Source: Macrostomum lignano
Lineage: Eukaryota
NCBI GenBank assembly: GCA_002269645.1
Contig: NIVC01000349.1
Coordinates: forward strand, 310,001-374,000
Direction of reading: 5' to 3'
Length of the DNA: 64,000 bases
The notes beneath the pieces are model-generated. The model was not told where the DNA came from. It ran no database searches and worked only from the letters and a program-made list of their open reading frames with translations. Shown here in pieces: positions 20,401 to 34,739 of the stretch. The position numbers and the translations under genes are program-made. Numbering within the stretch: position 1 is the first letter of the stretch; each line of letters starts with the position of its first letter.

Positions 20401-21883
20401 CACTATTCTCAAACAAATAACGAGATGAGTCTTAGCCAAATTTAATTTGTTCCACTAAGAGCTTCTCGCAACAGCAAGAACTGTTAAGAGCAAAATGCCA
20501 AACAAGAAAAGGTTATTTTATTTTAGAGTTGACCCGGATCCCTTTTATACTAAATTTTTGGGGAAGAAGGAATACATTGAAACAAAATTGGTGAGTTAAA
20601 ACAAATTTAGCAAGAATTAAAACAAAAAAGGGATAGCATTTAAACAACTAAAGAAATTATTTGATTGGTTGAGAAATTGGTTCGCGCTTAACTACTGTTA
20701 GTAGAAATTGTAGGTTAATTAAATCCTGCCTCACTAAGATAAAGATAGCTTTGAGAAGGAAAATTAATGCGTGAATTTCGAGTACAATGAAAGCATAGTA
20801 GAAGAGATCACTAAATGCTAACATTGTTCTTGTTGTTCTTGTAGCAGACGCTCAGTTAGATAAGTACTAAGTAGGTGCAACAGTGTGTGACAAGTTGAAT
20901 AAATTTTATTGTCAAAATATCGCTAACAGAAAAAATAAATTATTATTTTTCGGTGCACTAGCTTTAATTTTTTGGTGAATAAAGTGGTTGTGAAAGTATA
21001 AAAAGCGCCGCTCAATGCATGTAGCTCACAATCTATTGTACCCGCTGAATTTTTCAGTTTCTTATATTTGAGTGCTTCATAGTAGCAATATTGGTAATTT
21101 TTAAGGCTTTTTCTGTTTTAGCAGCATAATTAGCAGTGGGGATGTCGACCCCGAAGACTGCTCCCCGGGAAAACGGGGAGCCTGTCGGGACTCCCCGGCC
21201 AGGGAATTAAACCGGGGACCCTTCGGTGGAAAAAAATGCATTTGTAACTTATTTTTTCCATTTTTGCCAAATAAGAAAATGATAACCAGAAAGCTGATTG
21301 AAACTCATTCTATGCTTTTTTACTGCATAACTGCGACAAAGTTAAAGTTAAAAAATGCCACTTAATATCCAAGTTATCCGCCGTTTTTTTACTTATTTTT
21401 CTTTTTCCTGGGGTCTTTAGGGTCCCCGGGGAATGACAGTAAATTCATTACGAAGTCATCTATTCTGGTTTTAAAGGGCTTTCAATAATAAAGTATAGTA
21501 CAGAACGAAGTATTTTTTCTAATCAGTGACTGACATTGAGCTCTGAATTGGAGTGTGATGTACGGGCTGGTATATTATGTCTTTTTTTACATGCCAGTAT
21601 CAGCTCAGGAAAATCACACTTGATTGTGATGTGACCTAGGGAATGATAGCTTCTTTCCTCATAGCTTAAAGGGATATGGCCCGAGGTACTGATAACGTGC
21701 AGGGTAGAAGGGGATCGGACCTCACCCTCCCAGAGGCACCCTATGCTGGGCATCTGAAAGGTGTTTGACAGTGCTGAGAATTAATGAGGTCTTTCTCATA
21801 GGAGGGGGGGGCTTCTGGATTTGCGCAAGGTCGAGACCCCCTGATTTAAGCTGGGTTTGAGAAAGAGGGGGAGTTCAAATGTA

Positions 21884-23360
21884 GTCTATGAAATTTGCTA
21901 GCAGGAAATCTGCTAGCCGAACTTTGCTAGCGAGAAATTGCTTGCCGAATTTTGCTAGCCGAAATCTGCTAGCCGAAATCTGCTAGCCGAAATTTGCTAG
22001 CCGAAATCTGCTAGCTGAAGTTTGCCAGCCGAAGTTTGCCAGCCGAAGCTTGCTAGCAGAAATTTTGCTAGCGAGGATTTTGCTAGCCGAGATTTGCTAG
22101 CAGGAATTTTGCTGGCCGAAAGTTGCTACCAGGAATTTTGCTAGCGAGGATTTAGCTAGCCGAAAGTTGCTACCAGGAATTTTGCTAGCAAGAATTTAGC
22201 TAGCCGAAATCTGCTAGCGAGAATCTGGCAAGCAGCAATTTGGCTAGCCAAACTCAGGAAGTTGTAATTAGCTAGAGACAATTTTGCTTGTCCAGTTTCG
22301 CAAGTATTTCACCAAATCCTCTATAGCGTCGCTCCACTTTTACTTTTACCAATCCTCTTCAAATTGGACACAATCAATTTTTAACTATTGTGACAATCGT
22401 GTATAAAGTTTCGAGTCTCGAAGTTAATTGTGAACGGCCCTGTGTACTTTTAAAGTTCGTTCGCTTTTCGTCAGCGAGACAGCCACCCCAACCTCCGCCT
22501 CTCTCTCTTTCCTGGCCACTGAACAGATATACTCAGCAACATCGAAAAATCGCCATAACAAAAGATCCCGTCTGTGGTCGCCACTTTTGAGAGTGCAGGT
22601 AAAGTCTCTCAATCTTTGCGAGTGACGCAACTTAGCTACCCCCGCGGCAGACATGAGTTGAGGAATGAAGTGGAGGAGCGGTGTGCGAGAGTTGGGCGGA
22701 TTAAAGCTACCTTGATCAGTTTTCTCGCATCTTTTATTTCAGAATAGTCCAAGAAAAATTGCTCACTGGTGCACAGAGTGGCGACTTTTCAATATTGTTG
22801 AGTATATGTGAAAGGGGTTTAAAATTAATTAACTTTCAGCAGCCATAAGTTTTCTCCACGTACAGCGATTGACTTCAAACTTGATACAATTCTTCATTGA
22901 CTCATTCCCTGTCTTAATATGAAGTCTTAACTTTGTACCTCAGAACAGAAACTGTAGGCATGTGAAGTTTGTCTGTTTTTTTCTGTTGTTTGTGCTACTC
23001 CCTCATTCATTCCACCAGACCAAGCATAAGGTGGTAGGGCTCAATGTACTTAGCAAATGTAGTGTTTTCGAATAACTTTTTTTAGCCTTCTAAGGAATTA
23101 ACCTACTTTCCTACAACGTTCCTACTTTCCTATCTGATTGCGACTTGAGAGTATTCCGTCCCCCACAATGACAAACTGACATTCCAAGCACTTGAACTGA
23201 CGGTGATGCTTTTAGTTATAAAATATTTGGGATTTTTAGCCACTTCTCTGGATTTTTTTAGCTGAAAGCATGCATTGCCATTGCCAGAAAACAAGCAATC
23301 TTTTGACGCCAGTTGCCAGAATTTCGGTCAGCCAATTCCTGCTAGCAAATCTCGGCCAAT
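21884..23360 (+). mobile_element. Non-autonomous DNA element with inverted subterminal arrays of GCTAGCCGAAAT(T/C)T repeats (copy 1)
   Basis: Starts TCTATGAAATTTGCTAGCAGGAAATCTGCTAGCCGAA and ends ...CCTGCTAGCAAATCTC. The internal ~700 bp matches 61963-63032 in the opposite orientation. Confidence 0.8.
22530..22804. mobile_element. 275-bp MITE with ~26-bp TIRs and TA TSD, nested in the GCTAGC element
   Basis: TACTCAGCAACATCGAAAAATCGCCA ... TGGCGACTTTTCAATATTGTTGAGTA, flanked by TA. It is absent from the 62-kb copy, which shows the empty site. Confidence 0.8.
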
Positions 23361-26300
23361 GACTACTTGACTAGAAGGACGCTAAACTCTAAAATGGTCG
23401 AAGGCCGGTATTTCTTTTCCCTTTAAAGTTTGATAAGTTGCACGTATGAAGATGTTTTCACTCGGAAGCGCAGAATTTATTCCCCTTTCAACCAAATTGT
23501 TACTCTTGTCTGTAGTTTCAGGTGTTCGAAAGAATAGTGTACAGTAAAGTACACGTACCCATAGTTCAGTAACTTAACTACTTAACTAGAAAAGCCTAAA
23601 ACAATAGAGGATTTATGTTCTAAGATTGGAAAATATAAAGTAGCCATTTACTATTGAAATCTTGAACGAAGCCGATCTCGTCATTGTATGTTAGCTTTGG
23701 GAAGTACATTTCTACCATGTTGTAACTCTATAAAGTGAAATCAACCACTGAAGAAACTCCTGAATACACTGTGACGATTTAGCGTGGCGGCCTCGAAAAT
23801 AATTAATCAGAACGTTGTGAAAACTTAACTAATTTTTGTAATCGCATACATGGACAATATTTATTAAGTGGGAGTGTTGATAAAGTAATTCAAATTGTAT
23901 CTATGCTAATTATAGTATCTCTCCTTAGATTCCCCGATTCTAGAACTTTCTAGAACGATACTGTTTACCCTAGATGACATTGGCTTGGGGTTTCTTACAA
24001 GATCTGACTTGAACTGCGCCCTAAGTTCTTGCAAGAGCTCAGCAGATCTTCGCCATTGAAATACATAGTCAATTCTTACCAGATCTTCTGAACAGATCAT
24101 GCAAGATCTTCGGGCCAGATCTGCTAAGATGACACAGGATCATGCAAGTTCTTGAGGCCATATCTTCCAAGAAGATACAAGATTAGTCAAGATCTGATAA
24201 GGCATAGAAGATGAATGTCTATAGCATGCAATGCGCGTGCAGTACCTCTATGGTGCATACATAATCAAAATTTTAAGACTCGGGAACTCGGGAAGTTACC
24301 TGAAGAAAAAAGTAATATAAACAAAAGAAAATTTTTCTCTGCATTTTATTATTGGGTGAATTATTGTGGCACTATTGGGCAATTCTCTATTTAAACATTT
24401 TTACTATTTAATTTTTATTTATAATTTACATACAGAGAGCATATAGTATTTACAAAAGCATGAACACAAAAACATAAAGGCGTAATGAAGTAGCAAACAC
24501 AGCAAAATACAATAAAATTCCATTGCAAAAATTATAGCAAATTATAATTAAATTGCAATCTCGACAAGCATGCGATATAAACTAAATTATAAACATTTTC
24601 CTTAAAAATGTTGCTAAAACAAATCTTTACAAAATTAGGCTATCATACATGCATGTATATAGTTATTGGTTCATTTCCTTTATAGCTAACACAAAATTTA
24701 GAAAGTAAAAATTCACAATCAAATTGCAATTCGTCCAATTTAATATTCAAAGTATTCTACTGTAAGTAGAAAGTATAACATTTGAGTAAAATTGCAATAA
24801 TTGCAAGTGAATTGCACAGCAAATTGCAATTTAATTAATTTTTGTGGAAATAAAATTACAATTACGGCAATTATATAAATTTCATGGCAATATTTCTAAT
24901 TTCATCCCAATCCGGGTGTCTTGGAGGGGAGGGAACAGCACATCTTAAGAGCAAATTGCTTCTGCAAGAATAAGTGTTGAACAAATTTCTCTAAAATCAG
25001 AGTAACTATAGTAACTTTTGCTCGTCGAAATTTCCGTTTTGCCATATTGCATTACCAACCGTTTCTTTCTGTTAATTTGATGCCAGTTAGTTAAAAAAAT
25101 CCCCCATTCTGATATAGCTGCATTAAAAACTGTTTACAAAACTCTCTTTTGAAAAGTAAACTATAAAAGTTTTGTAAAGTATTAAGTTTTGCAAATCTGT
25201 TCACCAAAGGCGGCTAGGCATAATGACAGAGTGCAGCTGGGCACCGAAGGCAGCTGGGCACCGAAGGCAGCTGGGCACCGAAGGCTGAGCACCAATGCAC
25301 AGTAGGCAACGCAGGGCATCTGGCAGGGAAATGAAGATATTTGTGACACTGACAAGACTAATATTATTCACTTTCTACTTCGAAATTCGGATTTTAGAGC
25401 TTAGTAAGCAATATATTAGGTTTTTAAACTACATATTATTTTGCACTTGTAGCTTGTACTAGTAATACCCAGAGCGGCTGAAGATAGACAAATTTTAATC
25501 TAGTAAGCAAAATAAAAATGTACCATACATCAGAGAACGAAAAAACGACACGAATGTGTAGGCGCGCTGCCTGCTTACCTGCTAGGGTTGCTCATACTGC
25601 TGGGGCTGCCGTGTCGCCGCAGTGCTCATGCATACTGTGTGCACCTGCCAAGGGGGACGCAAAGTTGGGTATGAAGTTCTGTAGATATTGGGTTTAATAT
25701 TGGTTGTAAGTTCTGTAGATTCTTATATGACATCTAAAGTTATTACAGACCGAATGGATCAAATTCAAGATAGTGTTAATGTACTAATTACGAAAAATAT
25801 ACTTTGGTTTTACACAGAAGTAAAAAACACGCGCAAATAAATGGGCTACCTAATTGTGTTCGCAGCAGCTCAGAATCGGCACAAGGTAGACCTGGTTATC
25901 ATCGGCCACCAGCAAGCACTTTAGGAAATCCAAACCAATTGGAACAGGAAAGTCGTCGCATCCAAAACTGTCTTCGTACTGCTTTGGTTATCTCCCAAAA
26001 GGCTCAACCGATTTTCATTGTTTCTTCCAAATACTAAAAATGATATACAAAAATGGCTCTTCACCACACTTTTATTATTGATTCCAATGAGTGACTAACA
26101 GACAAAACTATTGCTTACCTTTTGCCAGGCAGCTTTCTTGGACACAGAGAACTAAAATGGAATTATATTGGATTGCCAGTTATAGTAAGTAAGCTATTAC
26201 TTTTGGGATATACTTATATTCTACCACTTTTAGTATAATCCTTAACTTGATTGTTAAAGAATTAAGCATTGGAGATGTGATTTATAATTCAATACAGCAG

Positions 26301-29300
26301 CCTGAGCAGTGATAGGCAATGACTAGTTAATAAAAGTTATCTTGAAAAGATAATTTTTTTTAAATAAAAAACATTAAACATTTAAACTTAAACTCAAGAA
26401 ACTAACTTTCTTGATAACAAAAAAACTCCAAATTTTCAAAAAATAGCTCTTTTCCGGCTAACTTGTCCATTATTGCAAATATGGAAAGATAATAGTAGAA
26501 AAGGGACAAAGGCTAGCATAGCAAGCCTTTGTTAGCAAAATAACAAGGTGTTTATTATTATGTTGTTGACCACAAAGTCATTACCAAAAACACTATAAAA
26601 ATATTTTCCAAGGTACACTATCATAATAAATATACATTAATAATGAATACAAAGTCTAAAGTGATTTAAGTAAACAACCTAGCCCTACATTATAAGCTAC
26701 CATTATATTTAAAAACTTAAGGACCAGACCAAAGACGAATGCATATATATAACCATTTTAACAACCTATTAAAAATATTTGCATAACTTACCTTGGAAAA
26801 CATAACATTATTGAAAGACAAGGCCTTGCTATAGGAATTGGTTTTGTTATACCATAACAAAACGAACACATTTTGCTGCCTTTGCCTTTCCAAGCCAAAG
26901 TAATTCTGGCTTGCTGGTCTGCGTTGCCTTTTAGCCCTTGGACTTTGGCTTGAATGATCACCAGTTTCCATATTCTTTCTAAATTAGATAAAAAATTTGC
27001 ACCTGGAAATTTAAGTTTAGACTTCAGATTAAAATATAATTGTGATCAAAAAAATTATTACTGAGTTTGAAGAATATTTTATAAAGATACTTATAATCAT
27101 GACTACTATTATGCATATTTTATAAGCTCAAGGACTAAGGCTAATATGCTTATAATCATGCATTTTCTATTTAAATCATAACCTCATGATCTCTGGATAA
27201 TCTTTATAATCCATGATCTTACTTAGCTAGCTTATGGATTAGACCAGTATACTATCTATACTATATACATAGTCTATATATAGCATTGTCTAAATAGTGT
27301 ATTACTAATAATAACAGCATACAAAATCAAACATAATATAATTATCAATGAACCATGTAGTTTAAAGTTAGAAACACCCACTTTTCAGAGTATGGCCCAC
27401 AGGCCTAGTGGCAAATATAAAGCCGCAACCAAAAAAAAATTTTTTTTACTTTTTGGGGTATAGCCCGTAGGACCAAGACTGCCACACAAAGACTGCCATA
27501 CTTGGGGGAGCTAGGGGGAGGAATTTGGCTTGCCATGTTATTGGATGATGCTGAGAAAGGGTGAGATGGAGAGAGCCAATAAGACAAGGCTACAAGAAAG
27601 GAACTAGTAAATGGGCCAAGTGGGTAAATAAGCCAGGCTCCTCATTTTTTTCATTCAATTTGAATTGTAAAGGAACTATAAGATAGGCCTAAGCATATTG
27701 TTAAAATTGCCTTGGTTGACTTGCAACCATTTTGGGCCACTTATTTGCCTTATTAGTAACCAATCTTAGGACATTTCCTCTTATCTAACTCTATAACCCA
27801 TCACAACCAATATGGCAATAGCAATGCAGGAAGATAATAGCTCCCACTCAGTGTCAATTCCATTAGCCAGTTAGAGCTGTAGCAGTATTGGTGTATAGCA
27901 GTCTTGGTCATGAGCCTTTTTTTGGTCTACAACTATAACTATGCCAGGTCTATTAAGTAGGCCTATTTTCCAATATTGGGTTGCAGTGTTTGGTATAGCT
28001 TGGCCCCTTTCTTAAAAGTTTTCTAGATCTGCACTTGGTATGGCCTTTTATAAAATAGAATAAACTAGAGTCTAAGTAAGGGAGGGGCCTATATATTCAT
28101 AGCTCAATAGGCCTAACAGACAATATCAGTTATAGGGTGTATAGTACCAGTGTCTGATTATAGAATAGGGTAGGCCTACCCATGGCCATGACCCATGAGT
28201 CATAGGAAGGGGGAATAGGTTATGTATGGGTACCCTATGGCCTACCTGTCCGGCTGTCCCTTGGTTAGTAGAGAAGTTAATAAATAATAGGTAAATAGCT
28301 AAATAGCTGGATATTATATATAATTTATAAGTTGAAAGGCATTATTTTTTCATTCAAAAAATAACATTATACCTATGGACATGTTGTCTGATATAATTTG
28401 TCAGTTGTCATGGCTTTTCCATCATTTTGACATTGCCATTATTATTGCATTAGCCTAAGAATGATGGAATATATGAGAGATAGTTAGACCTGACCTCTAA
28501 ACTTTAAAGGTATTCTACCTAATTCCTAATGATCCTTACCGATTTAAGATTAAGTCTAAAGCACATTTTGGTATATATGCGAAAGATTCAACTGATCCTA
28601 TTTTTAGATGGACAACAAGTCAATAATTGCAGATAAGGAGAGGCACGTTTTTCATTACTTTGTTCATACCTATTTTACTAGCTAAGGTATAACAAAAAAT
28701 TCTTCATTGCGATGAAGTCTTTAACCGTTATTCCCTTTTATTTATTGAAAGGAAAATCGAATGTATAAAAAGTGAGTAATTTGTTTCGGCAACATATATT
28801 TAAACATATGTATGTTTGATTTCAAACCTTGTGAAGTAAGATCTGACACGAAGCAGCATATTTTGTTCCATATCTTGCATGAAAAAGCAGATATGACTGA
28901 CGCAATTAATGACACTTTAAGCTTAACTAAAGCGTGTTTTTATGTTTGTTACTGTCATATTATTTCTTTCTATACATTCCTGATACTCCACACTCATTTG
29001 GATAAGAAATTTATGCACTTAGCGTGAGCAGATACTAGCCGCATCTGGTAAGATATTACAAGACATAGCAGATTCTAAGATCTGTTAAGAAATGAAAGTT
29101 AAAAACAGATCTGCTACGCGGGTGTGAACAGATTGTCATCTAGGGTAAGTTTGTCTATATCTGAAACTAAAGCGATTAAATCAGCCTCTGGCTCCACCCC
29201 TTTACACTTTTCCCCTTTTGCTCGTTGACTAAGAAAAATACTTGATCAGCTACACTACTGCGTTTAAAAAGCCAACAGTTCTATGTAATTTCAAAGCTTA

Positions 29301-31839
29301 AAAACCGCACCACTCTATTATAATCTATAGGTAAGAAATATTAATTTTAATGAACAATTAGTAATCTGAATTTTTTGCTTAAAGTCTTGGGGACTTAATT
29401 TACATAAATGCATTTTGGAAAGTTAAACTCAGATTTTGATGAGAGAAGAAAAATTGAAAATTTTACTTATACTGGATGACCAGTACACTCGCGGACTCGC
29501 GGTTGAACTCATAATATTAAGGCAGAAAATGGGATTTTTTGGATTTGACCTGCCTGCCCCCGCCTTCGAACTGGCCGGCTGCGGTCCGAGGGAAAGGCCA
29601 GCGTGCGCGGAGCAGAAGGCTGGTCGAAACCTAGCCCTCTCACGCTCTTCTGAGTTGTAGCGGTCGGCGCTTGTGCATTGCTGCGCTGAAATGAGCTAAA
29701 TTTTGTGCGCGGAGCGACTAGCATACGTTTAAGCCCTAGTATCGCTAAAAAGAAGCCTCTTTTAACGGCATGGCAGCCCATTCGGATGCGGCCAGTCGCA
29801 TTCTCGGCCGAACCAGCGGACCTCGGTGATGATGTTCTTCCTATTGTACCGCTGGGGGCCACGGCTTAGATCGCTGAGGGCGTAACATGTAGCCCGTCGC
29901 CAAGCAGCAACAGCTTGAGCTAGCTGCATGTCGCGCAGCTCTTGCAGCACAGGTCGTAGTTGCGGAAATTGTCGCCCATCGAGCCGGAATCTACCTACTT
30001 TGATTAGGTTTAGTGATGAGGACGCACTTTTTTCCAAATCCCGCGCTAGCACATGGGCTCTAAACTTACTAGCCTACTAACAGCAGGCTATGGGCATTTT
30101 TATCCTTTTTCTGCGAATTGTCATAGAATCTATACTAGATATAATGTTTGGTCATACTAGTAGTCATAATAACATAGGCGCAGCTTTTTGGGTCATAAAT
30201 CATCGCTTTCGAAGCTGGTCTGACAGCCACCTGCGCCTCACTCAGTGTTGAGGCAGGCGCCAGATGGTCTGAGAGGATGCGGGCGGTAGCTTTTTTCTCA
30301 TCATTTTGACAGGCCATCAAGATTTATGAGGTCAGAGCCTATTGTTCGTGTTCACTCAAGCGTGTGACAGCTTTGACAGCTATGCGTTTTACCCCTAAAA
30401 GTACTTTGGGATTAGCGATTAGTGATTTCTCTTCATTATCTTCACTTTCTATTTAATAAGAGCTTTCTAATGTATATTTTTTCATTAATTTTTGTCAATC
30501 CTACGCGAAAAGTCATAAATCATTTTGTTGCGATTTTGATTGATTTATGGCCGCACCTGTCATCTTTTTACGACCTTGTGGGTACTGATACGATCTCTCG
30601 GTCACGTGATTCTGGGTAGCAACAAGCTTAGCCAATTAGAAAATTCGGCGCTCATTTTAACAAAACGGCTCAGCCAATCAGAATCGACGTGTTCTATTAT
30701 AACAAACTGTGATCCAGTTGTCGGCTATTTAAACCGGTGTTTTTGGCCCGCTCGGACCTCAACCGGCTCTCCCGCGGAGGAACCTTCCCGACATTTCTGG
30801 TTCCCGGAGCCCGACCGTCGTTTCTTGATCCCCGGATTGCGACTCCCCCCATCATCATCAAGGACGAGTCCCCCGGTCATCAGCAGCGAACATCAAAGTT
30901 AAGATCATCACCTGCTAGCTATCTGCGAAGCATCAAGCCAATTCGGTCACTGTGGATTTCCTGGTCTCCGGTTGTTGAGTTTTCTGATTGGTTGGGTGAG
31001 AGGCTATCTAGACTTGCTTGATTAGGTGATCCCTTATCTGTCCCCTGTTTCAGTAGCTGATTAGGCGCACACTTTTGCTCATTTTGTTCAGTAGTGCTGC
31101 TGCTGAGGCAGAAGTCATTCAGTAATACTGCTAGTAGTCTAAACTCCAATTCAATCTGAAGTTGTAAGTGATCTAAGGAGAAGGTTAAATCTAACAGTTA
31201 TTTTTATCGGTTTTATTCTTTGTTCGCCGATGGCTCAGATGAGTAGCTAAGCTAGTAGGCGCCGGTCACAGTGGACCAAATGGCAAGGCAGTTCTCAGTC
31301 GATCAATCTATCAAATCAGTTAGCAAAGCTGCCAGGAGTGCAGAATCGGTGCCAGAGATGTACTTTGTGCACTCTAGGTTAACCAAGCGGCTCGGGTAAT
31401 GAATTACGCGGTCTCTGATGTTCGAGTTAGTCTATCATCAGCGCTATGAGAGGCTAGTTGGTGCGTCGAAGGCCAAAAGTACAATTCTTCGTATTTATAT
31501 TTCTGTATGAACTCCGCGTGTGACTCATTTTCTCAGTCTGGAATTTTTGTTAATATTAGTGGGTTAAATATAAAGTAAGAATAAATAGTAAGACATATTT
31601 GTCCATTAAAGCAGATATGGAAGACCAGACGAGTATTCTGCAAATGATAAATACGAACTTCACAAAGAAACCATACAGGAGCAGAATCGATTTACTTGGG
31701 ACTTAAATTAGATATGTAAGGTATATAAAGCTCCCACTGGTAACCAAAATAGAATCGAGAAGCTACAAATAAAATTTTACCAGCAAGTCTAAACAAAGTA
31801 GTGTACACAAGCTCAATAAAAAGATAAATAAAAACAATA

Positions 31840-32660
31840 AAAAACAATCAGCATAACAAAACAGAAGCGAGTTAAACAGTAATGACAATTGGCTTATAAG
31901 TAGATAAATATAAATTAAATAAGCTTATAAATATTAAAATTTAATAAAAAATAATCAGCACAACACAGAAGCAAGATAAACAGTAATGGCAATTGGCTCA
32001 TAAATACATAAATATAAATTAAATAAGCTTATAGATATTAAGTTACAATAAAAACAATCAACATAACAAAACAGAAACAAGATAACTAGTTAATGGCAAT
32101 TAGCTGATAAATAGATAAATATAAATTAAATAAGCTTATAAATATTAAGTTTTAATAAAAAATAATCAGCACAACACAGAAGCAAGATAAACAGTAATGG
32201 CAATTTGATCATAAATAGATAAACATAAATCAAATAAGCTTATAAATATTAAGTTACAATAAAAAATTGACATAACAAAACAGAAACAAGATAACTAGTT
32301 AATGGCAATTAGCTGATAAATAGATAAATATAAATTAAATAAGCTTATAAATATTAAGTTTTAATAAAAAATAATCAGCACAACACAGAAGCAAGATAAA
32401 CAGTAATGGCAATTTGCTCATAAATACATAAACATAAATTAAATAAGCTTATAAATATTAAGTTACAATAAAAAAATCAACATAACAAAACAGAAACAAG
32501 ATAACTAGTTAATGGCAATTAGCTTATAAATAGATAATTAGATAAATTAAATAAGCTTATAAATATTAAGTTTTAATAAAAAATTATTAGCATAACGACA
32601 CAGAAGCAAGATAAACAGTGTAATGGTAATTAAAATTGGCTTATAAATAGATGAATATAT
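31840..32660. repeat. AT-rich tandem array of ~105-bp units alternating A/B (210-bp higher-order period)
   Basis: ATAATCAGCACAACACAGAAGCAAG at 31951, 32162 and 32371, interleaved with ...CATAACAAAACAGAAACAAG variants. Confidence 0.9.
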
Positions 32661-33199
32661 AAGTACAAGCTAAAATAGAACAGAATAAAAAGAAATTGAA
32701 TTATATGCATTGTAACCACAATGTAATATGGACATTATAATTGTTCCAAGAATTATCGAGTAACTTTATGTGAACAAAAGGACTTTCCAAGATATAACAT
32801 GTATAGCTTCCCTTAAAAATGAAAATTAGTAGCTTAATGACAATATGCTTAGTCCTAAGTAATTTATTCTAAAATAAAACTGTTTATTGCTTTTGTTAAT
32901 TATTATTATTAACTACAAAACTAAATATTGTCCCAACGTACTAGTACTAATAATACAGTAAAGCCATGTCAAAGTCAAATATAGCTTCTTTTCTTGTTCC
33001 ATAATGTATACTTAGACTATAATACCAGTATAAAGCATCATATCAAATCCATGTGCTGATCTTTAAGAACACTGCAAAATATAGCATGCTACCTCATAGA
33101 AGTAAAAATGGCATATATGATTACGTTTCTTCACACTATTCATATAATAGATAGTTGCCAAAGAGAATAGTTTGTTGCAAAGCTTCTGATTGCTCAAAA

Positions 33200-33814
33200 T
33201 GCAATACTATAAGCCATTTGAAGAGTCTTCTTCTAGATCCGATTGAATTACAAAAGTAGTATTCTTTGGGCGCATTCTTCGCTTCTGTTTCCGTGGGCCT
33301 TAGTCTCCTGTTTTGCTTGCTTCAACTTCAACTTCTTTTCTTTTCTTTCAACCTCCATTCCTATCAACAGAGTTTTTTAATGCAGCAGCAATAGCTGGCC
33401 GAATTTCATCATCATCAACATGGCCAAATCTTTTTTTAAATTGCTTTCTTAACAATTGGTGCAAATGGTTCAAAAGCTTGCTTGCCATCTAAGCCACTTC
33501 GATTGAGTGGTATTAGTCATTAATCCAGAGACTATGTTAACCACTGCTTGTCTTACTGTTTTTCCTCCACGCAATGATAGTGCATGAACAAGTTTATGCA
33601 AAAAGCCTTCATCCTCTGTCTTTAGAAGAAGATCTTTAGCTTCTTGGATTGATTTAGCAGGTGACAATCTGAACTTTTCTTTCTCAGTAGGCATGCTTTG
33701 GTTTTGGCCTTCTTTTAGGAGCATTGATTCAATGCTAGCAAGGCGTCGAAGAATCATAACATTTAAAAAGTAGTTTGCTTCAACAGAGAAAGGCTGATAT
33801 CCTGCCCTTGTCAC
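33200..33814 (-). pseudogene. DUF4806-like accessory protein of a CACTA/EnSpm-type transposon
   Basis: LVHALSLRGGKTVRQAVVNIVSGLMTNTTQSKW matches the GGxTxxxxVxxIL...L..N...S.xNW pattern. Confidence 0.6.
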
Positions 33815-34739
33815 GCGAGTGTGACGTAGTGAGTTTGAGATGTAGTTAGCGATTATTTAATTATTTATATATTGATTTATTTATTAGTTAGCTAGTTCAA
33901 ATATTAGTAGTGTTGACACGCAGGGAACGAGACAAAGTTACGCCGAGAAGAGCAGAGAACAAAAACGAGCGCGAGCAACAATTTAAATTGGCGGGGAAAA
34001 CCGATTCATTTAAACCTAAGATGTCTATCAAAAAGTAGTAATAACTTGGACTTAAATAAATAAAACTTTAAGTACATTTTTCTAAATAAATTACATTAAA
34101 TAATAGCTGGGGAACCTGCAAATTAATCAACTACAAAAATTTTAAGTAATAAAAACTCACATAGAAACTAAAAATTTAAGATGCTAACGACGTCGTCACA
34201 CGAGCATCAGTAATCAGAGTCACGCGAGCATCAGTAAACCTGCTTACGAGCTATATGGCTGAAAATTCCTCTGCTCCGTACTAGAAAGGAATGTACATTT
34301 GATTAGATAAGAAACGTGAGAATTGTGCTATTTAAGTCCTGATACGGTATTTCTCCATAGTAAATCAATATTAACGAACTAATCCAGTGGATTTGAGGGT
34401 AAAAAAGGTTATTTTTTTGATTGACATTCGCTACCAGACACTAATTGGGATAAAAGAAATTAAAAAGCGTAATTTTGTACTGATCCAGCATAAAAATTAA
34501 TAAGTAAATAGAAAGCACTTATTGTTCCAGTAGTCGTCACGCCATAAAATGCTGTATTATGTACTATCCATAACTTTTTAAAGTGACTCAGTCCTTATGG
34601 ATATCTGCCCCCCGCCCCTAGCAATTCTATAGGACAATTCTATGAATAAATTCGCATAACCAGATATATGATTACCACACATTTGCTATAACTGTACGAA
34701 CCATGTAAGCAACGAATAATTTTTTTTCAATATGACGTG

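Noticed and set aside
21189-21230. tRNA 3'-half-like sequence on the minus strand
   Set aside because: It has only a degenerate B box, with no A box or acceptor stem.
25540-27590. Possible host glycosyltransferase or membrane-protein exons (VFVLLW on both strands, TM-like stretch, a 33-nt micro-exon at ~26120-26150)
   Set aside because: No catalytic motif was found and no consistent splice path could be built, so the call is not supportable.
29436-31149. GC-rich ORF-like patches
   Set aside because: They are probably exons of a decayed transposon accessory gene, but they contain multiple stops and no recognisable domain.
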